DNA from: a virus
IMG/VR virus record: IMGVR_UViG_3300032251_000001
Coordinates: 71,789-135,788 of that record
DNA: 64,000 nucleotides
Direction: 5' to 3' (one strand)
A program made the translations under genes and the position numbers. Position 1 is the first letter of the stretch. Each line of letters starts with the position of its first letter. The notes below the pieces were generated by a model. It made no database searches. It had not been told where the DNA came from and saw nothing but the letters and a program-made list of their open reading frames with translations. Shown one piece after another: positions 1 through 9,880 of this stretch.

Positions 1-1
1 A

Positions 2-502
2 GTTGAATATCTTAATACAGCTAAAAAATGCATTCATGAAGCATGTAACTTAAACTTAAAAGATATAGACTTATGGAATAATTTCATTAAACATAATGGA
101 GTTTTAAACCATTTAAATACAACATATTTACTTGCAGCATTTGAATATTTTAATGTAGGTAGCTATGATGAGTTTGCAGAAGAGTTTGATATAGCTGTAA
201 TATGTCAAACTTACAAAGATTTTATAAAGTATGATTTAATTGATTGTAATGAGAGTCTTACTATTAAAGAATTCATCTTGAAAGGATTTATTGTCGAATT
301 GATAACTGATATTAAAGATGGTAATTCATTATACTCTATAAAATATAAAGCACAATTAGATTATCTTATGGCAAGTGAAGACTTTGATTTAGGTAATCTA
401 ACTGAAGAAATGTGTATATCACGAGCTGTCTTTGAAGCTGCTAATGATTTCTTAGAGGATGCTTTTGTACATTATGCAAATGAGTTTTTCAGTGATTTTT
501 AA
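2..502 (+). CDS. hypothetical protein, 5'-truncated at the window edge
   Basis: Frame is open from position 2 through the ORF-track 278..502 call to TAA; acidic helical protein. Confidence 0.75.
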   Translation, partial: VEYLNTAKKCIHEACNLNLKDIDLWNNFIKHNGVLNHLNTTYLLAAFEYFNVGSYDEFAEEFDIAVICQTYKDFIKYDLIDCNESLTIKEFILKGFIVELITDIKDGNSLYSIKYKAQLDYLMASEDFDLGNLTEEMCISRAVFEAANDFLEDAFVHYANEFFSDF

Positions 503-634
503 GAATTAAAAAATTAAGTAACATCAATATAATACTGAAAATTATTTGGTATTATAGTAAAATTTACATTATTATAATAGTGTAAACTAAATGTATCTTC
601 TTACTAATTAGGTAAGGAAGAAAAGGAGGACTAT

Positions 635-1174
635 ATGTCTGAACAAATGCAAATTAATTTTGAAACACTTAAGGTAGAAGCAGTACCTACAACTAAGTTG
701 AGCGTTAAAGATGGATTTAACAATCAAGTAGTTGAATTATTTAATGACCTTCAAATTAAGATTGGTTATTTTCCAAATTTACCTTCAAAGTTTATTGACA
801 AGGTTACATTCTGTATAAGTGACAATCAGAAGGGATTGTTCTTTAAACTTATGAAAGACCGAATTATTAAAGCATTAGATAAAGATTTTATCACTAAAGG
901 TTATAGAACTGAGTTTGTAGACGAGAGAGAAGAGTATCTTAAATCTTCTTTATTTACATTAGTTACTCATGTAAAAGAAAATACTATAGGTATCGTATTT
1001 GATATTGGTTATTCTGATAGAAAAAATATATCTAGTACTCACTACAATGTAATAGTTGTAGATAATGATTTAAGTAAAATGTCTACTACAACATGGTCAA
1101 TAAAGAATACAAAAACTTTAGGAGTTCCATCTGTTAAAGAGTTGATTTATATTATGATGGATAAACAACAATAA
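635..1174 (+). CDS. hypothetical protein, paralog of 2995..3546
   Basis: SD aggagg; C-terminal VFDxGY...STTWS motif shared with 2995..3546. Confidence 0.8.
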   Translation: MSEQMQINFETLKVEAVPTTKLSVKDGFNNQVVELFNDLQIKIGYFPNLPSKFIDKVTFCISDNQKGLFFKLMKDRIIKALDKDFITKGYRTEFVDEREEYLKSSLFTLVTHVKENTIGIVFDIGYSDRKNISSTHYNVIVVDNDLSKMSTTTWSIKNTKTLGVPSVKELIYIMMDKQQ

Positions 1175-1189
1175 GGAGGAACACTATTT

Positions 1190-1402
1190 ATGGATTTAAA
1201 CACACCAGTTATATCCTTAAAGAAGTTCATGACCTTGAAAGAAGAATCAAAAGATAAAACAAAGCCACTAATATCCTCTGCGATATTAGTGGCTATTGAT
1301 ATTGATTCAGTCATGGCATTCTCAGATTGTTGCTTTAATGGAGTAATATCTAGTAATGGATTAGTTATTTGCAGTAAATGTAATAGTGAAGTGAAACTAT
1401 AA
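1190..1402 (+). CDS. small protein with C-terminal Cys (Zn-ribbon-like) motif
   Basis: SD taaggagg; DCC...CSKC. Confidence 0.65.
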   Translation: MDLNTPVISLKKFMTLKEESKDKTKPLISSAILVAIDIDSVMAFSDCCFNGVISSNGLVICSKCNSEVKL

Positions 1403-1412
1403 TGGAAAATAT

Positions 1413-2492
1413 TTGGAGGAAACTATAATGGAAAATAATATGAATTTAATGATAATGGATAAAAGCATGTCAGCAGAGCAATTAATTAAAATGATTAAAC
1501 CTTTGGATGATAGTGTAAATGATACTCTAGTTTCAGTAACACATGTATCTGACCTTGACGGTCTATTCAGTAGTATTTGTACTGTAGCTCATTTTAATGA
1601 GAACAGAGATAATACAACAAATGTCATTGTTATCCCTTTACATAATAATGACGATATGTATCTACGTACATGTCTTGGTATATTGCATGAATTTGAAATA
1701 AAAGTTTCAGAAATATATGTAACTGATATTGGTCTAAGTAAAGTCGGTCATGAAGCAATTCATGATATGAAAGCTGATTATAAAATGTACATTGACCATC
1801 ATGAATCTGCAATTGATATGTTAAAGGAAATGGACTACGTTTACAATCAAGTGGTTATTGATGTTGAAAAGTGTGCAGCAATGTTATGCTATGAAAATTT
1901 AGATGTAAACTCTAATCTTAAAAAGTATGTTGAGGTTACTAATGATAGAGACTTATGGTTAAAAGAAATTGAAGTATCAGATAGCTTTGCAAGTCTATTT
2001 AAACTAATGGGATTCAAAGACATGTATACTGATTTTATTAATGGTAAACATTATTTATCTGGTATGTTCCCAGCAACCTATGTTCTTTCACCAGAGTATG
2101 CTTTGGTAATTGAATTTCATAATAAAGTAGTTATGAATGAAGCTGTTAGATTTGTACAAGGTATGATGTACACTGAAATTGAAGGTATTAGTGTAGGATA
2201 CAATCTATATAATGGGTTGAACGCTTCAGATATGTCTGATATTGTATTTGAAAGTAGTCCCGAAATTAGTATTATTGCATACATCTTTACAGATGGAGTA
2301 TCTTTAAGAGTAAGAAAAGATTGCGATTTTAATGCATCAGAGTTTTCTAAAGAACGTGGTGGTGGAGGTCATATTAAAGCATCTGGATATCCATTAGTTA
2401 TGAATACTCTACTAATTCAAAACTTCTTAAGAGATTTCCTTCAAGATGATAGAGAATTATCAATACCAACTATGGAGCTAGGAAGAATCTAG
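1413..2492 (+). CDS. DHH/DHHA1 family phosphoesterase (NrnA/GdpP-like)
   Basis: Motifs THxxDLDG, TD, IDHH and C-terminal GGGGHxxASG. Confidence 0.88.
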   Translation: MEETIMENNMNLMIMDKSMSAEQLIKMIKPLDDSVNDTLVSVTHVSDLDGLFSSICTVAHFNENRDNTTNVIVIPLHNNDDMYLRTCLGILHEFEIKVSEIYVTDIGLSKVGHEAIHDMKADYKMYIDHHESAIDMLKEMDYVYNQVVIDVEKCAAMLCYENLDVNSNLKKYVEVTNDRDLWLKEIEVSDSFASLFKLMGFKDMYTDFINGKHYLSGMFPATYVLSPEYALVIEFHNKVVMNEAVRFVQGMMYTEIEGISVGYNLYNGLNASDMSDIVFESSPEISIIAYIFTDGVSLRVRKDCDFNASEFSKERGGGGHIKASGYPLVMNTLLIQNFLRDFLQDDRELSIPTMELGRI

Positions 2493-2500
2493 GAGGGTGT

Positions 2501-2848
2501 ATGGAATATTTATTTATTTTACTATGTGTATTATTAATTGTCATAATTAAAGTTGTTAAAACCTTTAGTGACAATATGAAAGATAGACTAATTAATGATG
2601 TTATTGAATCTGAATTGATTAACATTAGTTGTGACTTAGATGGTTTAGAATATTCAAGCTATGGTGAATTTGAAGACGAAGTTGCAAAACTAGTTTACTT
2701 AAAATGTCCAACAGCACAAAAGACGTTAGATGATTTACACTCAATGTTTCGCTCAGAACAATGGAGAAATTACCGAAATTTTATAAGAGAAAATGCTACT
2801 ATTACATTTAACGATATAGCTATGGCTGTACCTGATGACATCTTATAA
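2501..2848 (+). CDS. hypothetical protein with N-terminal membrane anchor
   Basis: Hydrophobic N-terminus; SD aggagg. Confidence 0.7.
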   Translation: MEYLFILLCVLLIVIIKVVKTFSDNMKDRLINDVIESELINISCDLDGLEYSSYGEFEDEVAKLVYLKCPTAQKTLDDLHSMFRSEQWRNYRNFIRENATITFNDIAMAVPDDIL

Positions 2849-2994
2849 ATTGTTTAAAATTGTATTAAAGTTAGATTAGGTGTATTATCATAATACCCTG
2901 TTTATAAATGTTACAAGAACATGGATGATGGATTCATGTTCAAAATTATTTAACTTATGAGTGTAGACTTATAAGTACAAGGAGAATAAAGCTT

Positions 2995-3546
2995 ATGAAC
3001 AAAAGAGTTAATGAACTTAGAACCATGATTCCACTTAGAGATTACACTGCTTTTGATAAATTTATCAAATTCATTATGGAAGTTGATTTATCAAATGTTC
3101 CTTTTGATAAGGATTTACCAGACTCATTTATTGGTAAATTAAAGCAGTGTATTGTGAATAACGATTACAATAAATTCCTCAAGGTATTGCATGATAGAAT
3201 TTACAAATCTCTTAACGCAGACTATACTGCTGATAATCACAAGTCTCATAAATCAAATCCGTATGATATGCATTTTCATATCCATATGCATGAAGAAATA
3301 CTTCCTAAATATTTAGGTAAGATTGTAGTGCATAGAAATAGAAAAGACTTAACTAAGTTAGAAGTTGGAGTGGTGTTTGATTGTGGATATAACTCACATG
3401 ATTATTTACACAACACTAATTTAGGAGTAATTGTATTTACGGAAAAGATTGAGGACTTGTATAGTACTACATGGTCTACTAATACAGTGATGGTTCATGA
3501 GAACAATAACAATTTAAACAGTATCTATTTAGACTATATTAAGTAG
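2995..3546 (+). CDS. hypothetical protein, paralog of 635..1174
   Basis: VGVVFDCGY...VIV...STTWS matches IGIVFDIGY...VIV...TTTWS. Confidence 0.8.
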   Translation: MNKRVNELRTMIPLRDYTAFDKFIKFIMEVDLSNVPFDKDLPDSFIGKLKQCIVNNDYNKFLKVLHDRIYKSLNADYTADNHKSHKSNPYDMHFHIHMHEEILPKYLGKIVVHRNRKDLTKLEVGVVFDCGYNSHDYLHNTNLGVIVFTEKIEDLYSTTWSTNTVMVHENNNNLNSIYLDYIK

Positions 3547-3643
3547 ATGCATGAGTGTGGAGATTAAATATGTCCACACTTTTTCCTTTTAATGTGTATA
3601 AAACATTATATTAAATAATTATATGTATTAAGGAGGATTAGAC

Positions 3644-4021
3644 ATGGAAGTAGTATTACTATATAATTTAAGACCAGGAGTAAGAAACTATAACGGAACT
3701 GTATACTCAGGTGCAGCAGTTCAAAAAGTAGTCGATTTACTTAGGGATAAGATTGCAAGAAAAGAAATAAAAATAGTTAACTTTGGTGGTGCTGAATTGA
3801 ATGGTATTGAGTTAGTTAGTGTGAATAGTAAACTGTTTACATTTAATGTACATACCCCAGAAGACTGGAACTTTGACAATATGAAAGTTACAGCTGAGAT
3901 TTTTACTGCTAATGGGTTCAAGAATGTTACAGATGCACATATACTTGATGTATCTGGTAAAATTGTATTAGTTACAAATTCAGAATATGCAAGACGAAAT
4001 GAGATATCTATTTCTCAATAA
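3644..4021 (+). CDS. hypothetical protein
   Basis: SD aggagg; AACA-N6-TA upstream at 3602-3613; terminator downstream. Confidence 0.75.
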   Translation: MEVVLLYNLRPGVRNYNGTVYSGAAVQKVVDLLRDKIARKEIKIVNFGGAELNGIELVSVNSKLFTFNVHTPEDWNFDNMKVTAEIFTANGFKNVTDAHILDVSGKIVLVTNSEYARRNEISISQ

Positions 4022-4034
4022 AGAAATAAAATCA

Positions 4035-4070
4035 TAAGAGTATAACCTATAATGGGTTATACTCTTATTT
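4035..4070 (+). terminator. intrinsic terminator
   Basis: 13-bp stem taagagtataacc/ggttatactctta followed by T residues. Confidence 0.75.
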
Positions 4071-4083
4071 ACATTTTCAAATA

Positions 4084-4091
4084 TATATTAT
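4084..4091 (+). promoter_or_regulatory. early-type phage promoter motif TATATTAT (representative)
   Basis: Also at +9309, +11444, +13283, +21715, +24879, +29226, +30226, +41263, +63736, +63759 and -21680, -39695. Confidence 0.55.
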
Positions 4092-4137
4092 ATATTTGAA
4101 ATAACAATAATAAAATATAACGGAGGGCTTAAAAATT

Positions 4138-6237
4138 ATGTCAGATTTTCAATTATTAAAGAGTAAAGTTCAAGAGAGATTTTTAGAATTAACTAAGGAA
4201 GCAACTCATCTATTTGAAGTAGAAGTAGATAAAGATGTAATGTGGAATGACATTTATCTTGGTAGTTTCCCAGAAGGTACTAATGAAATATTTAGAGAAA
4301 AGGGTGAGTATGATTGTTCTTGCTGCAAGCAATTCATTAGAGCAATTGGTAATGTTGTAGTTATCATTGATAATAAACTGCATACTATGTGGGATTTCGA
4401 AATTGATAGTACTAAATATCAACCTGTAGTAAATGCTCTTAGAGACTTTATCTTATCTAAAGCAGTTACAAATATCTACTTCTCTGAATCTAAAAAAGTA
4501 GGTACTGATAAGAATTACGAAGAAATGGAAGATGGACATATTCATACATGGGAACACTTTTTCTTAGAGATACCTAAGAGATTCGTTAATACATCTGAAC
4601 TTTCAAGAGGTACAGTTCAAAATGATTTTAGAACAGCTAAAACAGCGTTCAAACGTTCATTAGATGAAATAACTGATGAAGCTGTTACAGATGTACTTGA
4701 GTTAATTCAAGCTGGTGAACTACATAGAGGAGAAGAATTTGAAGAGAAACAAATGAAAATCTTCCTTGATTATAAAAAGAAGTATGCTGAAGTTCCAGAA
4801 GAAGATAAAGACAACTATGCATGGATTACTTCTATTGAAGTTGGTGGTGCTATGGCTAGACTTAGAAACAGTGCATTAGGAACTTTATTAGTTAACTTAT
4901 GTGGAACTGAAACTAAAGAAGCTATTAATTTACCAACAGCAGTTGCAAAGTATGATAGTATGGTAGCTGGTCCAAACTTCAAGAGAAGTAAAACTATTTA
5001 CACTCCAAGACAATTAGCTGCTTTCAAAGAAGACCTTGTAAAAGGCGGATACATGGAATCTCTTCAAAGAGAATACGGTTCTATTGATGATATTACTTAC
5101 GCTGATATTCTTTATGCAAATAAAGATACTGTTAGTAGAATGGAAAGTAGTGTATTTGAAGAAGCATTTGAAGACTTATCAAATGAGGTTAAACCATTAG
5201 TTAATCCAGACTCATTTGAAGATGTAGAGACTATTAACTATAAAGAATTTGTAGAAAATATTCTACCAAATTCTACATCAGTTGAAGCATTATTTGAAAA
5301 CAAGCACATGGGTAATATGGTATCACTTACTGCACCAGTGAACAAAGATGCTAAAAGCTTGTTCAATTGGAGTAATGGTATGGGTTATGCTTATACTGGT
5401 AACATGGCTGATAGTTCAATGAAGCAAAGAGTTAAAGCTGCTGGTGGTAAAGTAGATGGTGATTTAAGATTCTCTATTCAATGGAATGAAAAAGGTCGTG
5501 AAAACTTTAATGACTTTGATGCTCATTGTAACGAAGTAGCAAGTAACTTTAGAATCTATTACAGAAATAAAGGTAAACTTTCACCAAATGGTGGAATGCT
5601 AGATGTAGATATCATTGAACCAGAAAATGATGAAGTAGCTGTAGAAAACATTATCTATGGTAATAGAAAAGATATGAGAGATGGTGATTATACATTTATG
5701 ATACATTGCTTTACTCATAGAGGTGGTAAGAATGGTTTGGAAGCTGAACTAGAATTTGATGGTAAAATTCATAAGTTTGATATAGATATTGATATTCCAA
5801 ATAAGAAAGCTCTTGTTGTAGTTGTAGTTAATCTTAAAGATGGTGTATTCACTATAAAAGATTCAATTGAGAGCTCATCAAGAATTAAGTCTACAGAAAT
5901 GTGGAAGATTAAAACTAGTCAATTTATCCCAGTGACAGCTATTATGTACTCACCAAACTGTTGGGAAGAAGAAAACAAAGTAGGTCTTAGACATTTATTC
6001 TTCATGCTTAAAGATTGTGTGAATACAGAATCTCCAAATGGATTCTATAGTGAATTCTTACACAAGGATTTATCTAGAACTCATAGAAAGGCTGCTGAAG
6101 CTCTAGGTGCTAAGTTAGCAATAAAAGACAATCCAGACCAATTAAGTGGTGTAGGTTTCCCTGTTACTAAGCGTGCAGATATTATTGTAAAGCTTACTAA
6201 GCAAGGTAAGGATAAAGTGTACAGAGTAACATTTTAA
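4138..6237 (+). CDS. large conserved phage protein with C-terminal YfaP/DUF2135-like segment
   Basis: 699 aa; DFDAHC...GGMLDVD...AVENI motifs; N-terminal CSCC. Family call from memory, not searched. Confidence 0.55.
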   Translation: MSDFQLLKSKVQERFLELTKEATHLFEVEVDKDVMWNDIYLGSFPEGTNEIFREKGEYDCSCCKQFIRAIGNVVVIIDNKLHTMWDFEIDSTKYQPVVNALRDFILSKAVTNIYFSESKKVGTDKNYEEMEDGHIHTWEHFFLEIPKRFVNTSELSRGTVQNDFRTAKTAFKRSLDEITDEAVTDVLELIQAGELHRGEEFEEKQMKIFLDYKKKYAEVPEEDKDNYAWITSIEVGGAMARLRNSALGTLLVNLCGTETKEAINLPTAVAKYDSMVAGPNFKRSKTIYTPRQLAAFKEDLVKGGYMESLQREYGSIDDITYADILYANKDTVSRMESSVFEEAFEDLSNEVKPLVNPDSFEDVETINYKEFVENILPNSTSVEALFENKHMGNMVSLTAPVNKDAKSLFNWSNGMGYAYTGNMADSSMKQRVKAAGGKVDGDLRFSIQWNEKGRENFNDFDAHCNEVASNFRIYYRNKGKLSPNGGMLDVDIIEPENDEVAVENIIYGNRKDMRDGDYTFMIHCFTHRGGKNGLEAELEFDGKIHKFDIDIDIPNKKALVVVVVNLKDGVFTIKDSIESSSRIKSTEMWKIKTSQFIPVTAIMYSPNCWEEENKVGLRHLFFMLKDCVNTESPNGFYSEFLHKDLSRTHRKAAEALGAKLAIKDNPDQLSGVGFPVTKRADIIVKLTKQGKDKVYRVTF

Positions 6238-6286
6238 ACTGTTGATAATGTAATTAAACATAACTATGAAAAGGAGAACAACTATT

Positions 6287-6676
6287 ATGGAAAGAAATTT
6301 ATTTGAGTACGCATCAAGAACAAAATTAAGAATTGAAACACCAAAAGGTGTAGCTAGTACTGAAGAACTTTGGGGTATGGGTTTAATTGAATTGAATGAA
6401 CTCTTTAAAGTTTTAAACAAAGTAAAGAAAGAACAAGATGAAACTGAAAGCCTTCTTGACGAGGAAACTAAAGAAGATATCGATTTATTAGTTTCTATTG
6501 GTCTGTTAAAGCATATTGTAGGAGTTAAGAAAGCTGAAGTTAAAGCTACTCTTGACGCTCAAGCAAATGCTGCTAAGAAGCAAAAAATCATGGAAGCAAT
6601 TGCTAAGAAAGAAGAAGTTGACTATGATGATGCTGAACTTGATGACCTTAAGAAAATGTTAGATGAATTAAATTAA
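6287..6676 (+). CDS. conserved phage coiled-coil protein, likely partner of the upstream gene
   Basis: Start moved to ATG 6287 after SD aggag; NLFEYASRTKLR...EELW motif and K/E-rich helix. Confidence 0.75.
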   Translation: MERNLFEYASRTKLRIETPKGVASTEELWGMGLIELNELFKVLNKVKKEQDETESLLDEETKEDIDLLVSIGLLKHIVGVKKAEVKATLDAQANAAKKQKIMEAIAKKEEVDYDDAELDDLKKMLDELN

Positions 6677-6685
6677 GTTTAAACT

Positions 6686-6721
6686 AAATATAGGGTTTCT
6701 TTATGAGACCCTATATTTTTT
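6686..6721 (+). terminator. intrinsic terminator
   Basis: aaatatagggtttc/gagaccctatattt stem plus T tract. Confidence 0.75.
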
Positions 6722-6734
6722 ATAAGGAGGAATT

Positions 6735-7301
6735 ATGTACATACCATATGTAGCAGAAACATCAGAACAGCTTGAGAAGTACTTATTTCTTAGAAGGGGT
6801 GTTGAATATAAAGTATTAGATGGTTTTGAGTTTGAAGACATGGATACTGAAATGACTTTTCTACATGAAAAACCTCTTAAAAAAGGTTTGATGCATGAAT
6901 TCAGAGCAACACCTAACGAGATGTTAAATACATCTTTCCAATGTACAATATGTGATAAACATAATTTACAGCTAGGACTTAAAAAGATTAAAGATGATTT
7001 AAATGATTATGAAGGTTTAACTTTTGATGAAAATTCTTCTATAGACTTTGATGAAGAAGGATATGTAATTGATTATGATTTCTATGTTCCCGACTTTGAT
7101 TTATATATTATATACCTAAGCACTGGTAGATGTAATAATGTCATGACTAGAAGTGAAGATTATAAAATGATATCTAAACTTACAAATGATTATGATTTTA
7201 GATTACTTGAAATAATCCATGCTGATTTTGATAAGATAGAAGATATTATAGAAAAAGCTTTTCATGGAAAAGATTTAAAGAAGTTATATGGGGGTAAGTA
7301 A
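6735..7301 (+). CDS. hypothetical protein (CxxC; possible degenerate PD-(D/E)XK-like C-terminus)
   Basis: SD aaggagg; CTIC; DFYVPDFDLYI. Confidence 0.65.
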   Translation: MYIPYVAETSEQLEKYLFLRRGVEYKVLDGFEFEDMDTEMTFLHEKPLKKGLMHEFRATPNEMLNTSFQCTICDKHNLQLGLKKIKDDLNDYEGLTFDENSSIDFDEEGYVIDYDFYVPDFDLYIIYLSTGRCNNVMTRSEDYKMISKLTNDYDFRLLEIIHADFDKIEDIIEKAFHGKDLKKLYGGK

Positions 7302-7522
7302 TGGTTAAAAAATTAGAAAATTTTTCATTTGGCATAGTAGTAATAACCGTAATAGTATGGATACTAAAAGGATTTATTTATTTTTGGGATAAGCCTCAAA
7401 CTGTAAAAAATGTTTTAACTTTCTTTATTACAAACTGGTACATGGTAATAATATTAATAATAGTTGGATTTATTTCCTTTCAGCTTGAAGATTATAATAA
7501 AAGAATAAAAGGAGATAAGTAA
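7301..7522 (+). CDS. small two-TM membrane protein
   Basis: Two hydrophobic segments; TAATG coupling to the previous gene. Confidence 0.7.
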   Translation: MVKKLENFSFGIVVITVIVWILKGFIYFWDKPQTVKNVLTFFITNWYMVIILIIVGFISFQLEDYNKRIKGDK

Positions 7523-7770
7523 TGTCTAAGAAAGATAAAAAGAAATCAGCACTATTTATGAATCCTAATAATATTTTTGGTCGAGCTATAATATCTGACC
7601 CTAAAGATGATTTCAATAGGGATGATTATGAATGGGTTATAACAAAATTAGATTGGAGATATCAAGAGGTAGAACTATCTAATGATTGTATATCAATAAC
7701 TCGTAAACTAAAAGAAGTTGTAGTTAGAATGGATGTAACTAGTGATATAAAATGGATTGGGGGTCAATAA
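7522..7770 (+). CDS. hypothetical protein
   Basis: TAATG coupling; SD aggag. Confidence 0.7.
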   Translation: MSKKDKKKSALFMNPNNIFGRAIISDPKDDFNRDDYEWVITKLDWRYQEVELSNDCISITRKLKEVVVRMDVTSDIKWIGGQ

Positions 7771-8048
7771 TGAAAATAATAGATGAACAAGAACCATTTC
7801 AAGATTGGGAAAAAGAAGTAGAATGTAATGGTGTAGGTTGGAGACAAGGTGACAAAGTTCCATGTGGTTCTAAACTTATCATTGATAGGGATGATTTAAA
7901 ACTTAGAAAATGGTTTAAGTATCCAGATTCAGAAGGGGTTAATTATGGTTTCATTTGTCCTAATTGTAACTGCTTTACTGAAATTCCTACTGATGAACTA
8001 GATAAAAATTTAAGAAAACTCGCAGTAGAATGGAGGGATAATTGTTAG
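7770..8048 (+). CDS. Zn-ribbon-like hypothetical protein
   Basis: Start moved to coupled ATG 7770; C...CGS...CPNC. Confidence 0.7.
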   Translation: MKIIDEQEPFQDWEKEVECNGVGWRQGDKVPCGSKLIIDRDDLKLRKWFKYPDSEGVNYGFICPNCNCFTEIPTDELDKNLRKLAVEWRDNC

Positions 8049-8308
8049 ACAGTACATCAGATTTTTACATAATTCCCACAAGTCAGGGAACTTACGTCAT
8101 ATATAAGGCAAACTATTATAGTACACAATCTTACCAACCTTTTAAAAATCTTGAAGATGCTAAAGATTGGATTAAATGTGTATCTAAAAAAATTATACCG
8201 AAGCATATAAAAGGTATAGAGAACAAAGGAGAAAAAGGATTATTTAATGCAAAGACTTCTGAAGTAAGTATAGAAGGTCTAGTAATTAATCCGTGGGATT
8301 TAACCTAA
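8042..8308 (+). CDS. hypothetical protein
   Basis: TTG start after ggagg; 88 aa ORF in operon. Confidence 0.6.
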   Translation: MLDSTSDFYIIPTSQGTYVIYKANYYSTQSYQPFKNLEDAKDWIKCVSKKIIPKHIKGIENKGEKGLFNAKTSEVSIEGLVINPWDLT

Positions 8309-8325
8309 TTTAATATGGAGGGCTT

Positions 8326-8922
8326 ATGAACAACAAACCTTATGGTAAAGGATATACCGTTGAGGATAAATTAAGTATTATAGATGATTACTATATTAAT
8401 ACTATAGATAAAGATTTAGAATATAATTTATTTAGACAAAACCTTAGTAATCAATTAAGTACTAAAGGATATGTAGATTGTTTTGATAACATGTACACTG
8501 AAGAAAAATTTAATTATTTTGAAACTAAAATAAGTTCAATGATGGATGAATGTGATAAAGTAAATCAACAATATATAAAACAAAGATTAGTAAGAGCTTT
8601 AGCTAATGAGAAGTTAATTAATGGTAGTCATACCTTGATTACATATAAACGTCATATTAAACAAAACTTGTACCCTGAAAATTCATGGGTATATTGTGAT
8701 ACTGACATTGTTAAGTATAAAGCTAGACTTAAAGGATTACCTAATGAAGAACATAGAGATTTTATGCGTTCAAAGATAAGAACCAAACGTGCAGGAGTTA
8801 AATCTATTCCTAAAAAGAAGTCATTAGTTAATGCTAAAAGAAAAATAAATGCTAAAAAAATAAAATTTGCATATGATGTATTAGTTCCATTAGTTCAAAG
8901 ACCAACTCCTTTTGAGGGATAA
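8326..8922 (+). CDS. basic hypothetical protein
   Basis: SD ggagg; K/R-rich C-terminus. Confidence 0.75.
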   Translation: MNNKPYGKGYTVEDKLSIIDDYYINTIDKDLEYNLFRQNLSNQLSTKGYVDCFDNMYTEEKFNYFETKISSMMDECDKVNQQYIKQRLVRALANEKLINGSHTLITYKRHIKQNLYPENSWVYCDTDIVKYKARLKGLPNEEHRDFMRSKIRTKRAGVKSIPKKKSLVNAKRKINAKKIKFAYDVLVPLVQRPTPFEG

Positions 8923-8926
8923 AAAC

Positions 8927-8964
8927 AGAGTATATCCTTAAAGGATATACTCTTTATTTTTTTT
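8927..8964. terminator. bidirectional terminator between convergent genes
   Basis: agagtatatcc/ggatatactct stem flanked by A and T tracts. Confidence 0.75.
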
Positions 8965-9229
8965 AGTTATATATTTGCTTCATAGTAAGTATGTAAGAAC
9001 CTAACTTAGCTTTACAACATGTATCTCGTCTAACTCCATCTATAATAAATCTACCATCTTTAGGTAAATCATCCTCAATAATTATTATCCTTTTTCCTAT
9101 GTAATCTTCTAATACAGATAAATCTGTCATCTGTTTTACATTACAGAATCTAGCTATAACTAAATTATGCTCTCTTATTTTCTCAATCTTATATGTTCCT
9201 TGATTGGTTGTTGCTTCTAAATAAATCAT
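8963..9229 (-). CDS. hypothetical protein
   Basis: SD ggagg on the minus strand; 88 aa. Confidence 0.7.
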   Translation of the reverse strand: MIYLEATTNQGTYKIEKIREHNLVIARFCNVKQMTDLSVLEDYIGKRIIIIEDDLPKDGRFIIDGVRRDTCCKAKLGSYILTMKQIYN

Positions 9230-9362
9230 ATACCCTCCATCTCCCCTGCTGTCGTTATTAATATTTAATATAATGTTTTATAAATCGTATATACTTATAA
9301 TATAATTATATATTATAAACTTGATAATGATAATAAACTACTATATACTTAGGAGGTATAAC

Positions 9363-9674
9363 ATGTTAAAAGAATTATTAGGAATGGGAAGATTAATTAC
9401 AAGAGAAGAACTTAATGAAAAGTTGAATGAAGCTAAACTTGAGTATGGCATTAAGCGTGAAAGAGATAGAGCTGATTTTGAAGCAAAAATCAAAAGAATG
9501 AAATTTGATTTTGATACCGAAGAACAACGTGACCTTGAAGACTTTGAGAAATTCAATGATAGAATTCTTGAAGACTATGAAGCTGCTGTTGTTAAAAAAG
9601 AAATTAAATGTAGCTCATGTGATGAAGAAGATTGTGATTCAAGAGTAACATCAGAAGAAACACTTAAGAACTAA
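9363..9674 (+). CDS. charged coiled-coil protein with C-terminal CxxC-x4-C
   Basis: Start moved to ATG 9363 after taggagg; CSSCDEEDC. Confidence 0.7.
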   Translation: MLKELLGMGRLITREELNEKLNEAKLEYGIKRERDRADFEAKIKRMKFDFDTEEQRDLEDFEKFNDRILEDYEAAVVKKEIKCSSCDEEDCDSRVTSEETLKN

Positions 9675-9679
9675 GTTAT

Positions 9680-9862
9680 ATCACTCGCATAGAGTGTTTA
9701 TAATGTGAGATAGGAGAAGACGAATTTATGAGGTTCGTTTCAGTAGGGAGAAAGTTACATCATGCTTATAGCAGAGTTGATTTAATGATTCTCTTATCTT
9801 ACAGATAACATGTGGAAGTCTTGAGACCATTTTCTTAAGACTTCCTCTCTTTTATATTTTTT
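9680..9862 (+). ncRNA. candidate structured RNA or attenuator leader
   Basis: 15-bp helix 9704-9718/9789-9803 with 2 G-U pairs enclosing two small hairpins, then a 13-bp stem 9814-9845 plus pyrimidine/T tract. Confidence 0.5.
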
Positions 9863-9880
9863 GCAAGGAGGGCTTAATTA

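Noticed and set aside
9700-9810. SAM-I riboswitch resemblance (cttatc/gatag)
   Set aside because: Helix polarity is reversed relative to SAM-I P1 and the core conserved nucleotides are missing; kept only as an unknown structured RNA.
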